Under the pieces are notes generated by a model. That model did no database searches, was not told the DNA's origin, and was given only the letters and a program-made list of their open reading frames with translations. 64,000 nucleotides of DNA from Myxococcales bacterium (GTDB lineage: Bacteria; Myxococcota_A; Polyangia; Fen-1088), in the NCBI GenBank assembly GCA_031431215.1, contig JANPCZ010000102.1, positions 23,619 through 87,618 of the forward strand. Direction: 5' to 3'. The translations under genes and the position numbers were made by a program. Of the stretch, positions 8,896 through 17,578 are shown in pieces. Within the stretch, counting starts at the first letter, position 1, and the number at the start of each line of letters is the position of its first letter.

Positions 8896-10848
8896 GTGGG
8901 GTTCTTGCGCGGATGGCCGGTGGCGGTGGTGGCGGTGCTGGCGTTCGGCGCTGGCCTGACCGCGATCGCCGACGGCGACATCTTCTGGCACCTGGCCGCC
9001 GGGCGCGAGATGGTGCGCACGCGGGCATTCTTGCACGTCGATCCGTTCTCGCTTGTCGCAGCGGGGCGGCTCTGGGTCGATCTGCACTGGCTGTTCCAGC
9101 TTGGCGTCTTTGCCGTTCACACGCTTGGCGGCCTCGCCGGGCTCGTGCTGGTGAAGGCGGCAGTGGTAGCCGCCGGGGCCGTAGTGCTCGTGTACGCGGC
9201 AGGGCGCTCAGGCGGGGTTTCGGACGCGTCCGGGGCCGGTCGGATGGCACGCTTGATCTGCACGCTGGCGCTGTCTGCCATGCTGTTTGCCGCCCGCCAC
9301 CTCTTGCCCGTGCGTCCGGTGATCCTGACGTTGGTCTTTCTCGCCGCGTTCTTCTCGATCCTGGAAGACTTCCGTCGCGGTGGCGCCGTGCGTTCATTGT
9401 GGTGGTTGCCACCCCTGCAAATACTGTGGGCGAATTGCCAGGGCCTGTTCGCGCTTGGGCCGGCGCTGATCGGGGCCTTTGTCCTGGGCGCGCTCTTGCC
9501 TTCTGTCGGCGACCGACGCTGGCGGCCGCTGGCCGGCATGCTGGGCCTGTGTTTGCTGGCGTCCCTGGTCACGCCCTACGGCTGGCGCGGGCCGTGGCTG
9601 GCGGTTGAATTGCTGCTGCGCTTCGATCCCTCCAGCGCCAACGTGTACTCGGCGCAGATCGCGGAGAACGTGCCGCCGTGGATCCTCGAACGCTCCATGC
9701 CCGGGCTGTTTTTTCACCTGAAGTGGTTCCTCGGCTTTCTCGCCGCCAGTTTCTTGCTTGGACGCCGCCATCTGATAGCGAGCCACGCGGTGCTGGTGGC
9801 CGCGCTGGTGGCCCTGGCGCTGGTGGCGAATCGCAACGTGATCCTGCTCTACTGGCTCGGCGCACCGATTGGCGCCATCCAGGCGGCCCCGGCTCTGGCG
9901 GTGCTTGAGCGCTGGCTTCGTGAGCGCGGGCGTTCGGTGCGTGTGGCCGTCGGCGCCGTGGTCGCCGTTGCGGTGATCGCGCTGGCTGTGGTCGAGGTGA
10001 AGGCCTTTGCGCGCGAGCCGTCGCTTGCAGCCCCGACGCCGTTTCGCTTCCCGACCGCGTCGGCGGCGGTGCTTGCGACGACCCCGGCGGGTGGCGCGAT
10101 CTTCTCGGCCGATCACCAGGGCGGCTACCTCATCTGGACCCTTTACCCCCGCATCCGGCCTCACATGGACACGCGTCTCATCTTGCGTACCCGCGACGAA
10201 TACCAGGACTTCCTCGATCTGCTTGATCACCCCGAGCGCTTCGATTTCCTGTCGCAGCGGTATCGCTTCACGCACGCGGTGTTGCCGGTCGGCTTTCCGG
10301 GCCGCTACCTGGGCCTCATCGCGCACCTGGCCGGCAGCGCCGACTGGAAGCTGGTGTTCACCGACGGGCAGGAGACCCTGTTCGCCACCCGCGACGCCAC
10401 CGGCCCGGCGGTTGATCTGGCGGACCCCGCCACCACGCAACGCTTGCTCGACGGCTGCGCCGCGCGCTTTCCATCGGTAAGCGATCTGGCCGCGAGCTGT
10501 CGTGTGCAGACCGCCACGCTGCTCGTGGTGACGGGCCACCTCGCCCTGGCCGCGGGCGCTCTGAACGGCTTGCCCGGCGCCGACGCCCAGGTACTGCTTG
10601 CGCGTTGCCACCTGGCGCTGGGCGATGCCGCGGCCGCCGAAACCATCGCCCGTCGCCTGATCGATGGCGATCCCGAAGACACCGACGCGCTCACCCTGCT
10701 GGCCTCGATTGCCCTTGCGCGTGGCGACGGCGCGGGCGCTCTGACTTTCGTGCGGCGCGCGCTGCACATCGATCCGTTCCACGCCGGCGCACAGGCTTTG
10801 CTTGGCGGCATCGAGGTGGCAGCGCGGAACGCGGGGCCTCCCAGGTAG
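8896..10848 (+). CDS. GT-C fold integral-membrane glycosyltransferase (ArnT/PMT_2-like) fused to C-terminal TPR repeats (TMTC-like architecture)
   Basis: About 10–12 predicted TM helices. First extracytoplasmic loop 'DGDIFWHLAAGREM' matches the ArnT loop signature 'DETRYAEISREM' (D-x-aromatic-x-x-aliphatic-A/S-x-x-REM). C-terminal ~150 aa of TPR-like helices ('ARCHLALGDAAAAETIARRLIDGDPEDTDALTLLASIALARGD'). GTG start. Confidence 0.6.
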   Translation: MGFLRGWPVAVVAVLAFGAGLTAIADGDIFWHLAAGREMVRTRAFLHVDPFSLVAAGRLWVDLHWLFQLGVFAVHTLGGLAGLVLVKAAVVAAGAVVLVYAAGRSGGVSDASGAGRMARLICTLALSAMLFAARHLLPVRPVILTLVFLAAFFSILEDFRRGGAVRSLWWLPPLQILWANCQGLFALGPALIGAFVLGALLPSVGDRRWRPLAGMLGLCLLASLVTPYGWRGPWLAVELLLRFDPSSANVYSAQIAENVPPWILERSMPGLFFHLKWFLGFLAASFLLGRRHLIASHAVLVAALVALALVANRNVILLYWLGAPIGAIQAAPALAVLERWLRERGRSVRVAVGAVVAVAVIALAVVEVKAFAREPSLAAPTPFRFPTASAAVLATTPAGGAIFSADHQGGYLIWTLYPRIRPHMDTRLILRTRDEYQDFLDLLDHPERFDFLSQRYRFTHAVLPVGFPGRYLGLIAHLAGSADWKLVFTDGQETLFATRDATGPAVDLADPATTQRLLDGCAARFPSVSDLAASCRVQTATLLVVTGHLALAAGALNGLPGADAQVLLARCHLALGDAAAAETIARRLIDGDPEDTDALTLLASIALARGDGAGALTFVRRALHIDPFHAGAQALLGGIEVAARNAGPPR

Positions 10849-10926
10849 CGGCGATTGGTGGCGCCTGCCTAGTTGCTCGTCGACGTGAACCGTCTCGCAG
10901 GGTGGCCTGCTATTCTTACCGCCGTG

Positions 10927-11181
10927 ATGAAACGTCTAGTCATGTCCCTGATAGCCGCCTTGGTTTTCGCCGCATTTGCCGTCCCCGCGACGGAGTCAGT
11001 CGCACACGCCCGGCCTGGAGTGTGCGCGGCGAAGAAAGGCGTTCGAAAGTCCAAGGCCAAGAAGAACCAGCGCCACGCCAAACCCCGGGGCAAGAAAGCG
11101 CAGGGCAAGGGCGACGGCACCGGCTCCGCCGAGGATGTTGGCAGCGGTCGGCCCAAGGGTTCGAAGGGCCTGCAACTCTGA
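10927..11181 (+). CDS. Small Lys-rich secreted hypothetical protein (alternative start 10873)
   Basis: Signal peptide 'MKRLVMSLIAALVFAAFAVPA' then a very basic segment 'KKGVRKSKAKKNQRHAKPRGKKAQGK'. No homology recognised. It lies in a 350-bp gap between convergent genes. Confidence 0.3.
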   Translation: MKRLVMSLIAALVFAAFAVPATESVAHARPGVCAAKKGVRKSKAKKNQRHAKPRGKKAQGKGDGTGSAEDVGSGRPKGSKGLQL

Positions 11182-11205
11182 ACCCAGGGTTGCCCGGCGC
11201 TGGCC

Positions 11206-12396
11206 CTACGGCGCTGGATAGAGACGGTTGCGCGGGATCACCTGTCGCGGCTGGCTCGGGCTCTCCCAGGTGAGGGCGACGTTCGCGTTTAGGGCCCCCT
11301 CCCGCATCTCCACCCTTATCGGGTAGCGACGTCCGGCCTCGAGGGGCACCATGGCGGTCCTGGTCCCCACCCCGCCTGAAAACCGATCGATCAGCAGGGC
11401 GCCATTCCACCACAGGCTGCTGCCGTCGTCGGAACTCAAGCTGATTGTGTAGTTCTCGGTGAACGGCGCCTCGACTTCGCCGGTCCAGCGCACGGTGAAG
11501 AAATCGGCCGGCACGCCAGGCGCGGGTGCGCCATTCTTCCAGTCGAAATTGACCGTCGGATCGATGCGAACCACCGTGGCCGGCGGGGTCAGCGTCGTGT
11601 TGCTGAAATACTCCCCCTTGAGACCGGTCCCCTGCGGCGCATCGACGGGCGCATCGACGGGCGCATCGACGGGGCTGACGTCGATGGCGCGATCGGGCGA
11701 CACATCGGGCGGCGGTGCATCGACGCGGGTGTCCGCCGCCGGTGGGGCGTCCGCCGCCGTGCCCTTGACCTCGACCGGGGCTCCATCGACCACCGGGGAA
11801 GTGACAGGCCCGCTGTCGATCGGACCTCCGCCCCCGTCCGGGGATTGAGGTCCGGTGTCGGCCATCGACCCCCGGCATGCACCGGTCGGGTCCTTGATGC
11901 TGGGACAGTTGTCGACCTCGTCCGGAATGCCGTCGTCATCCAGATCGGTGCCGCGCTGTGCGCGCAAGGTCACGGTCACTGTCTGTCGCACGGACGGCGA
12001 GGGGATGCGCGAGGGGATGCGGCTGGCACCCTCGGCCACCGCAACGGCGTCGCGCATTCCCCGCACCACGATCCGACGCTCACCGGGAAGCGACGCATCG
12101 GTTTCGATAATGATCGTGGCCAGAGTCGGACCCCGGCTCGCGAGTTCGCCCTGGTCAGGGACTCGGCGATCCAGGAACACCGCACCCTGTTCGTGAAACC
12201 AGCTCACCACAAGGTGGGACGGCCGGGGCACGTCGGGCTCGATCTCGAACCGAATCTCAAGGTTTCCAAATCGGGCGGGATCGCCGCAGGAAGGCCACCA
12301 AAACAAAGCGGCCGCGAGCCACGCCGCGAAACCCGTGCAAGGCCCGGATCCATTTCGCGGTCGTCTCCTTGGCTGCCCTCGAACGGCCACTCCCAT
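11206..12396 (-). CDS. Secreted protein with thrombospondin type-3-like Ca-binding repeats and a C-terminal PA14 domain
   Basis: 'DDDGIPDEVDNCPSIKDPTG' (TSP3-like) and 'GLKGEYFSNTTL...FFTVRWTGEVEAPFTENYTISLSSDDGSSLWWNG' (PA14). A Pro-rich linker contains a tandem 'VDAP' repeat. Start chosen at ATG 12396, because the 5' part of the track ORF overlaps the upstream gene and is low-complexity. Confidence 0.55.
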   Translation of the reverse strand: MGVAVRGQPRRRPRNGSGPCTGFAAWLAAALFWWPSCGDPARFGNLEIRFEIEPDVPRPSHLVVSWFHEQGAVFLDRRVPDQGELASRGPTLATIIIETDASLPGERRIVVRGMRDAVAVAEGASRIPSRIPSPSVRQTVTVTLRAQRGTDLDDDGIPDEVDNCPSIKDPTGACRGSMADTGPQSPDGGGGPIDSGPVTSPVVDGAPVEVKGTAADAPPAADTRVDAPPPDVSPDRAIDVSPVDAPVDAPVDAPQGTGLKGEYFSNTTLTPPATVVRIDPTVNFDWKNGAPAPGVPADFFTVRWTGEVEAPFTENYTISLSSDDGSSLWWNGALLIDRFSGGVGTRTAMVPLEAGRRYPIRVEMREGALNANVALTWESPSQPRQVIPRNRLYPAP

Positions 12397-12529
12397 CCAC
12401 AAACTATACGTCTTCTCCGAGCAAGCGCGCGCGAGGTCAATCCAGCAGCCTTGGCTCGCGCAGCACCAGCACCGAGCGGAGCCACTGCCGTGCGACGCAC
12501 GCGCGGGATGTCCCGGGGGCACTAGAGTA

Positions 12530-13825
12530 CTAGAGCCCGCGAATCCAGGCCGACACCAGGTCCACGCCCACCATGTCGACGTGCTTGGTCGCCAAGGGCG
12601 GCATGGCACTGTTGGTGCCTCGCTCGCGCATGCGGTAGATGACGCCGCTCTGGTCGGGACTGGCACGGACGATCCGGTCCGATACGACGGCGTTGCGAAA
12701 CCGCTGCAGCATGACTCCGATGGTCGTGCGATAGGCACCGGTGGCCTCGGGCACGCGATCGGAGGTGCCGATGCGCAGGAGCATGTCGGTGTCGGGCCGC
12801 GCGATGCCGGTGGGGTTGTGACAGTGGCCGCAGTTGGCGTGCAGGTACCCGATCGCCGTGCGCACGGCGCCCTCGCCGGGAACGCGGTAATCGGCATCCG
12901 GCGGTGGCGGTGCAGTCAACAGACCCGCGGCCACGAGCGAACTCAGGGTGGCCGACGTGCCCGCGGGACGCGACAGCTGCACGGCCGAGAATCCCAGCAG
13001 GCGGCCGGGCTCGCCGCTGTGGCATGACCAGCAGCGTTTCGCTGCCGGTACGTCGTGATCGGTGCCCAGGACGTTGGTCGCTCCGTCGGGTACGTAGACC
13101 GCGTCCGAGCCGTCCGCCTTCCATAGGAAGGCCCCCATCCAGTAGTCCATCTCGCCCGGTCCGGTGCGCTCGACCAGCCGGGTCTCTAGCGGCTTGCCGT
13201 CGCGGCTGAACTCTTTCCACGCTCGCGTGCCGACCGGGAAAGTCCAATGGTCCATGTTCGACGTGTCGATCTTTTCGCCCGGTGGCAACTGCAACCAACG
13301 CCGCTTGGTGGCACCGTCGGCCCACAGCACGTGCTCGGGGGCGAACGGAATCAGATCGGCAGCAAGCAGCTTCTTCGCCATGTCCGAGTAGAGCCCCGCC
13401 TCGGACAGCAAGTACGGGCCGGCGCCGTCGGGTGTCGGCTTGCGCTGGATCGCATCTGGCGCCGCCTCGGAGGCCGCGTCCTTGGTGTCGGCCGGCTGCG
13501 CGTCCATAGGTGGCAATTCGTCGGCGGGCACGTCAGGCGCCGAAAGGCCGGGCGCGTCCCCGGCTTCGGGTGCAGGCTGGCGCATATCCGTCAGGTCGCT
13601 TGGGTCGGCACCGGCGGTTTCCGGGAGGCTGGCCGGGGCATCCGGGGTGGGCTGTCCGGGCCTGTCGCCAACCACCGCGGCAGCGTCGGTATCGACCACG
13701 GGCGGGTCGATGGGTCCGTTGGCTCCCGGATCGCCGCAGCCAAAAACGAAAACGAGCGGCGCGAGCACAAAGGCTCGCGTCGCTCGTGGGGTGGGGTGTG
13801 CGGCTGTCACGCGCACCACGGGCAA
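12530..13825 (-). CDS. Lipoprotein with two CxxCH haem-binding motifs (putative dihaem c-type cytochrome-domain protein)
   Basis: Lipobox 'VFVFGCGD'. 'KRCWSCHSGE' and 'HANCGHCHNP'. The track start is TTG; the real start is probably one of the GTGs at 13808–13819. Confidence 0.6.
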   Translation of the reverse strand: MPVVRVTAAHPTPRATRAFVLAPLVFVFGCGDPGANGPIDPPVVDTDAAAVVGDRPGQPTPDAPASLPETAGADPSDLTDMRQPAPEAGDAPGLSAPDVPADELPPMDAQPADTKDAASEAAPDAIQRKPTPDGAGPYLLSEAGLYSDMAKKLLAADLIPFAPEHVLWADGATKRRWLQLPPGEKIDTSNMDHWTFPVGTRAWKEFSRDGKPLETRLVERTGPGEMDYWMGAFLWKADGSDAVYVPDGATNVLGTDHDVPAAKRCWSCHSGEPGRLLGFSAVQLSRPAGTSATLSSLVAAGLLTAPPPPDADYRVPGEGAVRTAIGYLHANCGHCHNPTGIARPDTDMLLRIGTSDRVPEATGAYRTTIGVMLQRFRNAVVSDRIVRASPDQSGVIYRMRERGTNSAMPPLATKHVDMVGVDLVSAWIRGL

Positions 13826-13838
13826 GGGCTTGCCGACC

Positions 13839-15122
13839 TTATGGGGCCACGCACTGGTTGGGCAGCATGTTCATCTTGCCCGGAAGGGTGACGATGAAAT
13901 TGGCGATGTCCTGAGCGTCGGCGTCCGTGAGGCCACCGAAGTTGCCCATCGGCCCGGCCGGCATCGGCGGGCAGACCTTCTTGTCCATCTTGTCGAGGCC
14001 CATCTTCAGCACCTTGATCACGTCATTGGCGACCCAGCCCTTGATGCCGGTGTCGTCCTGGGTGAGGTTCTGCGTGTAGATCTTGGCTGGGAACGGCGGC
14101 ACCGGCAGGCCGAAGCCGGCGGCGTCGAACTCGCGTGCACCGGCGAAATACAAGGTCTTGTCGAGCGGGTGCGGCGATCCCATGGCGGCGTCCTTGGTGT
14201 GGCAGCCGATGCAGGCCACTGCGGCGATGTAGCGCCCGCGCTTGGCGGAAGCTTCGTTGGCCGCGCCCGCGGCGACGTCAGGCACGTCCGTCAGAGCGAC
14301 CGCCACGGCCGCCGCGGCCGGCGGATCGGTGAACGGTGGCTCGTTGGGCGGCACCATGTTGTCGACCGCCGGGATGGTCCGCAGGTAAGCGACCACTGCA
14401 TCGGCGTCGTCGGAGGTCAGGTTCGCGTACTCGTAGTACGGCATGAACGAGTGCATCGGCTTGCCGTCGGGCCGCATGCCCTTGGTGAACATGTCCTTGA
14501 TCTGGGTGTCGGTGCGCGTCTTGAGTCCGTTTTCGTGCGGAGTCAGGTTGCGGCTGTTCACGCAGCCCATGCCGTTGGTCGCGGGCGGAATGATGTCGAA
14601 CAGGCATTTCACGCCGGACAAGAACTTCGTCATGTCGGGAGCGCCCATCGCGCCGCGAGGGGTGTGGCAATCACCGCAGCTCAGCAGGGTGTTCACCAGG
14701 TAAGAACCGCGCGCTGCCGGGCCGGTCAAGGCCACGACGTCAGTCGACGCGTCGGTGGCCACAGCGTCAGTACCAGTCTCGGCCCTGGCAGCATCGCTGG
14801 CGTCGGTGCCAGTCTCGCCGCGGGCGGCGTCGGTACCGCCCTCGCTGCGGCTGGCATCGCTGGGCGTGCCCATCTCGGCCGCCACGTCGGCAGGAGAGGT
14901 ATCGGGCCGTCCCGCATCCATGCCGGCAGAACCACCGCCAGCACTACCCGCCACGCCACCGCCATCCGAACCCGCGCGACCGGCACCGCCACCGGCACCG
15001 CCCTTGGTGCCGCCGTCGTCTACCATCACCATCGGACCGTCCTTCTTGCTGTCGCCATCGTCATCGCAGGCCGCCAGAAGCGATGAAACCGAGAACAGTA
15101 CCGCCAGAGCTCGTGTGCGCAT
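13839..15122 (-). CDS. Dihaem c-type cytochrome lipoprotein (two class-I-like cytochrome c domains)
   Basis: Lipobox 'SLLAACDD'. 'LLSCGDCHTP' and 'AVACIGCHTKD' CxxCH motifs. Good SD 'aagggggaa' 7 nt upstream of the ATG. A Gly/Ser/Asp-rich linker follows the signal peptide. Confidence 0.65.
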   Translation of the reverse strand: MRTRALAVLFSVSSLLAACDDDGDSKKDGPMVMVDDGGTKGGAGGGAGRAGSDGGGVAGSAGGGSAGMDAGRPDTSPADVAAEMGTPSDASRSEGGTDAARGETGTDASDAARAETGTDAVATDASTDVVALTGPAARGSYLVNTLLSCGDCHTPRGAMGAPDMTKFLSGVKCLFDIIPPATNGMGCVNSRNLTPHENGLKTRTDTQIKDMFTKGMRPDGKPMHSFMPYYEYANLTSDDADAVVAYLRTIPAVDNMVPPNEPPFTDPPAAAAVAVALTDVPDVAAGAANEASAKRGRYIAAVACIGCHTKDAAMGSPHPLDKTLYFAGAREFDAAGFGLPVPPFPAKIYTQNLTQDDTGIKGWVANDVIKVLKMGLDKMDKKVCPPMPAGPMGNFGGLTDADAQDIANFIVTLPGKMNMLPNQCVAP

Positions 15123-15373
15123 GGATCTGATTCCCCCTTGTTGGCGCGCATATTAACCATCGTTTCGACGAAGGGAAGCAGAATTTTCTCGGGCTAACCT
15201 CGGTACCCCCAGCGCGATCGCCCGGCTCGGGGCGCGCCCCTGACGGCGGTTGGCACGATGCCTGCGACGATGTTTCTGGCTGATGTCAACGTCCACATGA
15301 CGGCCACCCTGGCCACGGGCCCGCTGGTCGCGGACATTCGCCAAGTAGCAGCGCGATCCGGGTCGCCGGTCGG

Positions 15374-17566
15374 CTAACGGCGCCGGCGGCGCGACCGGGC
15401 GTGCACCACGACCGCGAAGGTCAACCACAGGCCTGCTAGCGCTCCGCCGGCCAGCGCGCCTCTGCCACCCACCCCGCACGAGCAACCGCCACCCTGGGTC
15501 GCGATTTCGATCCGTTCAGCCTGGCATTCCTTGAGTAGCCCGCAGAAGCCGGTGCCGTCGGTGGCGACATCGCACTTGTAGCAGCCGTTGGGGCACTTGA
15601 TGGTGGCGCACGGATCGTCCTTGCACTCGCCGGTCGCCGGGACGCAGCGTTGTCCAGCTGAGCACGCGCCAAACCTGCACCGGTCGGCCTTGCACGTGAG
15701 GGTGACCGGATCGCAGACCTCACCCGCAATGCAGGTGGCGGTGACCGGGGCGCACTTGTCGACCTGGCATGTGCCGGCGGCGCAGCGCTGGCCGGGCGGG
15801 CACGGCGAGGTGCACAGGTTGGTGCACACGCCTTTCTCGTTGCAGAACTGGTCAGGTTTGCATTTCTTGCCCGCGCACGGGTCCTTCTGGCACAGTCCGG
15901 CCCGGCACTGCTGACCGGCCGGACAGCCAAGCGAGTAGCAGTCGACGCAGCGACCGTCCAAGCAGGTCTGCGGCGCAACGCAGGTGACGTTGGCGCATTT
16001 GTCCTTGCACTCGCCGGTACCTTCCTCGCACGACGACCCCGCCGGGCAGACCTTGCCAACGCACTTCAAGCTCTTGCACACGGGTGGCATCATCGAGGTG
16101 TCACAGGCGTAGCCGGTCGGACAGCGGAATTCGCCCTCACCGCACAGCAATTCGCACTTGCACCCGACACACGCGAAGCCGGCGCCGCACGGGTTGCCTT
16201 CGTCCTTCATGCCGTTGCAGTTGTTGTCCTTGCAGTCGCAGATCTCCTTGACAGGGCCGACGCAGCCTTCGCAGTCGAGCGGCATCTTGCCTTTGCACAC
16301 GTTCTTGCCCGCCCGACACTCTCCGGTGTTCAGCATTTCGAGCGATAGGGGCGGGCACGCGCATTCTTTGCCGACGTTAGGCAGGTTCTCGTCGATGAGG
16401 CCGTTGCAATTGTCGTCGATGCCATTGCACACCTCCTCGCCCGGGCCGACGCAGCCTTCGCACACCAGTGCACCCGCGACGCACTTGAGGTTGCCTTTCT
16501 TGCACATGCCCTTACCGACCATCTCTTCGGTCAGGCCAGGGCACAGGCAGGGACCGCCCACGTCGGGCAGCGGGCCATCGATGCCCTTCATGTTGTCGAT
16601 GTCGCCGTTGCAATTGTCGTCCTTGCCGTTGCAGATCTCCCCCGGCGGCACCGACTCGGCGATGATGCCGATGAGCGCGGCCTTGGTCGCCGCCGGGTTG
16701 AGAAAGTCCACCTTCAGTGACGCCGGGCGCTTGCCGCCGCTGCCCCGGCTGGCGATCTGGTCGTGCACGGTCCCGACCTCACCCAGTTGCACGACGACGT
16801 ACAGTTCGACACCCGCCTTGTACAGATCCTCGGCGGCCTGGGGTGCGTCGCCGCCGCAGGTCTCCGCGCCGTCGGTGACCAGAATGACGATGTCCTTGCG
16901 GCAGCCCATGCGCGGATCATTGGGTTTGACGTAGCGCTGGAAGTACAGCCGGGCATAAAACAAGGACGCCGCCAGCGGCGTCTTTGGGCCGCCCACGCGG
17001 ATCTCGGGCTCAGTCATGGTGACACCGTCCGAGATCTCCACGTTGTTCAGCCAGCGGTGAATGGTGACCACGTTGGCGCCGGGTGGATCGTAGTCGTTGC
17101 TGTCGGGTGGCGGCAGCTTGCCTGTGACCGGCACGACCACAAACTCCGAGGCGATGTCCGGCAGGAACCACGCGCCGTCGGGCGCCTCAATGGCCGCTGT
17201 GGTCTTGCAGCCGAGGTTGGCGCCGGTGTCGATGGCGTTGATGTAGTGGCCCCGGTAGCAACCGCGGTCGGTCGCTGGCGTGGTTCGCTGCGGGAAGCGC
17301 GCAAGACCGAAGTTGGCCTCATCGGTGCCGACCTCCGTCAGTGTCTCGCGGATGGCTTGCTTGAGGCGGAAGAACCGCGAGTTCATGCCCTGGTTCATGC
17401 ATAGGGGCGAGCCGTCGCCGCCGTTGAGCAGCATCGACGTCGAGGTGTCGAAGATGAACAGGATGTTGGGCCGCACCGGCTGGGCGCCGGCCGTGCGTGC
17501 GAAGAGCAATCCGGCCGCGACCAGGCCAGCGGTGGCGACGAGGTTGACGATGTTTCTTCTACGCAT
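15374..17566 (-). CDS. Secreted von Willebrand factor A (MIDAS) domain protein with myxobacterial Cys-rich repeats and a MYXO-CTERM sorting tag
   Basis: Signal peptide. 'NILFIFDTSTSM' is a DxSxS MIDAS motif. Many EGF-like Cys repeats including 'CNGKDDNCNGDIDN' and 'CNGIDDNCNGLIDE'. C-terminal 'GGGCSCGVGG...LWLTFAVVVHARSRRRRR' matches MYXO-CTERM. Confidence 0.7.
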   Translation of the reverse strand: MRRRNIVNLVATAGLVAAGLLFARTAGAQPVRPNILFIFDTSTSMLLNGGDGSPLCMNQGMNSRFFRLKQAIRETLTEVGTDEANFGLARFPQRTTPATDRGCYRGHYINAIDTGANLGCKTTAAIEAPDGAWFLPDIASEFVVVPVTGKLPPPDSNDYDPPGANVVTIHRWLNNVEISDGVTMTEPEIRVGGPKTPLAASLFYARLYFQRYVKPNDPRMGCRKDIVILVTDGAETCGGDAPQAAEDLYKAGVELYVVVQLGEVGTVHDQIASRGSGGKRPASLKVDFLNPAATKAALIGIIAESVPPGEICNGKDDNCNGDIDNMKGIDGPLPDVGGPCLCPGLTEEMVGKGMCKKGNLKCVAGALVCEGCVGPGEEVCNGIDDNCNGLIDENLPNVGKECACPPLSLEMLNTGECRAGKNVCKGKMPLDCEGCVGPVKEICDCKDNNCNGMKDEGNPCGAGFACVGCKCELLCGEGEFRCPTGYACDTSMMPPVCKSLKCVGKVCPAGSSCEEGTGECKDKCANVTCVAPQTCLDGRCVDCYSLGCPAGQQCRAGLCQKDPCAGKKCKPDQFCNEKGVCTNLCTSPCPPGQRCAAGTCQVDKCAPVTATCIAGEVCDPVTLTCKADRCRFGACSAGQRCVPATGECKDDPCATIKCPNGCYKCDVATDGTGFCGLLKECQAERIEIATQGGGCSCGVGGRGALAGGALAGLWLTFAVVVHARSRRRRR

Positions 17567-17578
17567 GATGACGGCTCC

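Noticed and set aside
9394-10782. 462-aa − strand ORF inside the GT-C/TPR gene
   Set aside because: Low-complexity Arg/Gly/Gln-rich product. The + frame encodes coherent TM helices and TPRs.
10940-11878. 312-aa − strand ORF overlapping the small Lys-rich ORF and the PA14 gene 3' end
   Set aside because: It is in a different frame from the PA14 domain, which is clearly recognisable in the 11206–12396 frame. Arg/Pro/Gly-rich junk composition.
15251-15266. Sigma-54-like -24/-12 element TGGCACG-N4-CTGC (GG-N10-GC spacing) on the + strand
   Set aside because: The match is good, but it points into the 3' end of a − strand gene with no + strand gene downstream. It sits in the promoter region of the − strand cytochrome operon in the wrong orientation. 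Likely fortuitous, though antisense transcription cannot be excluded.
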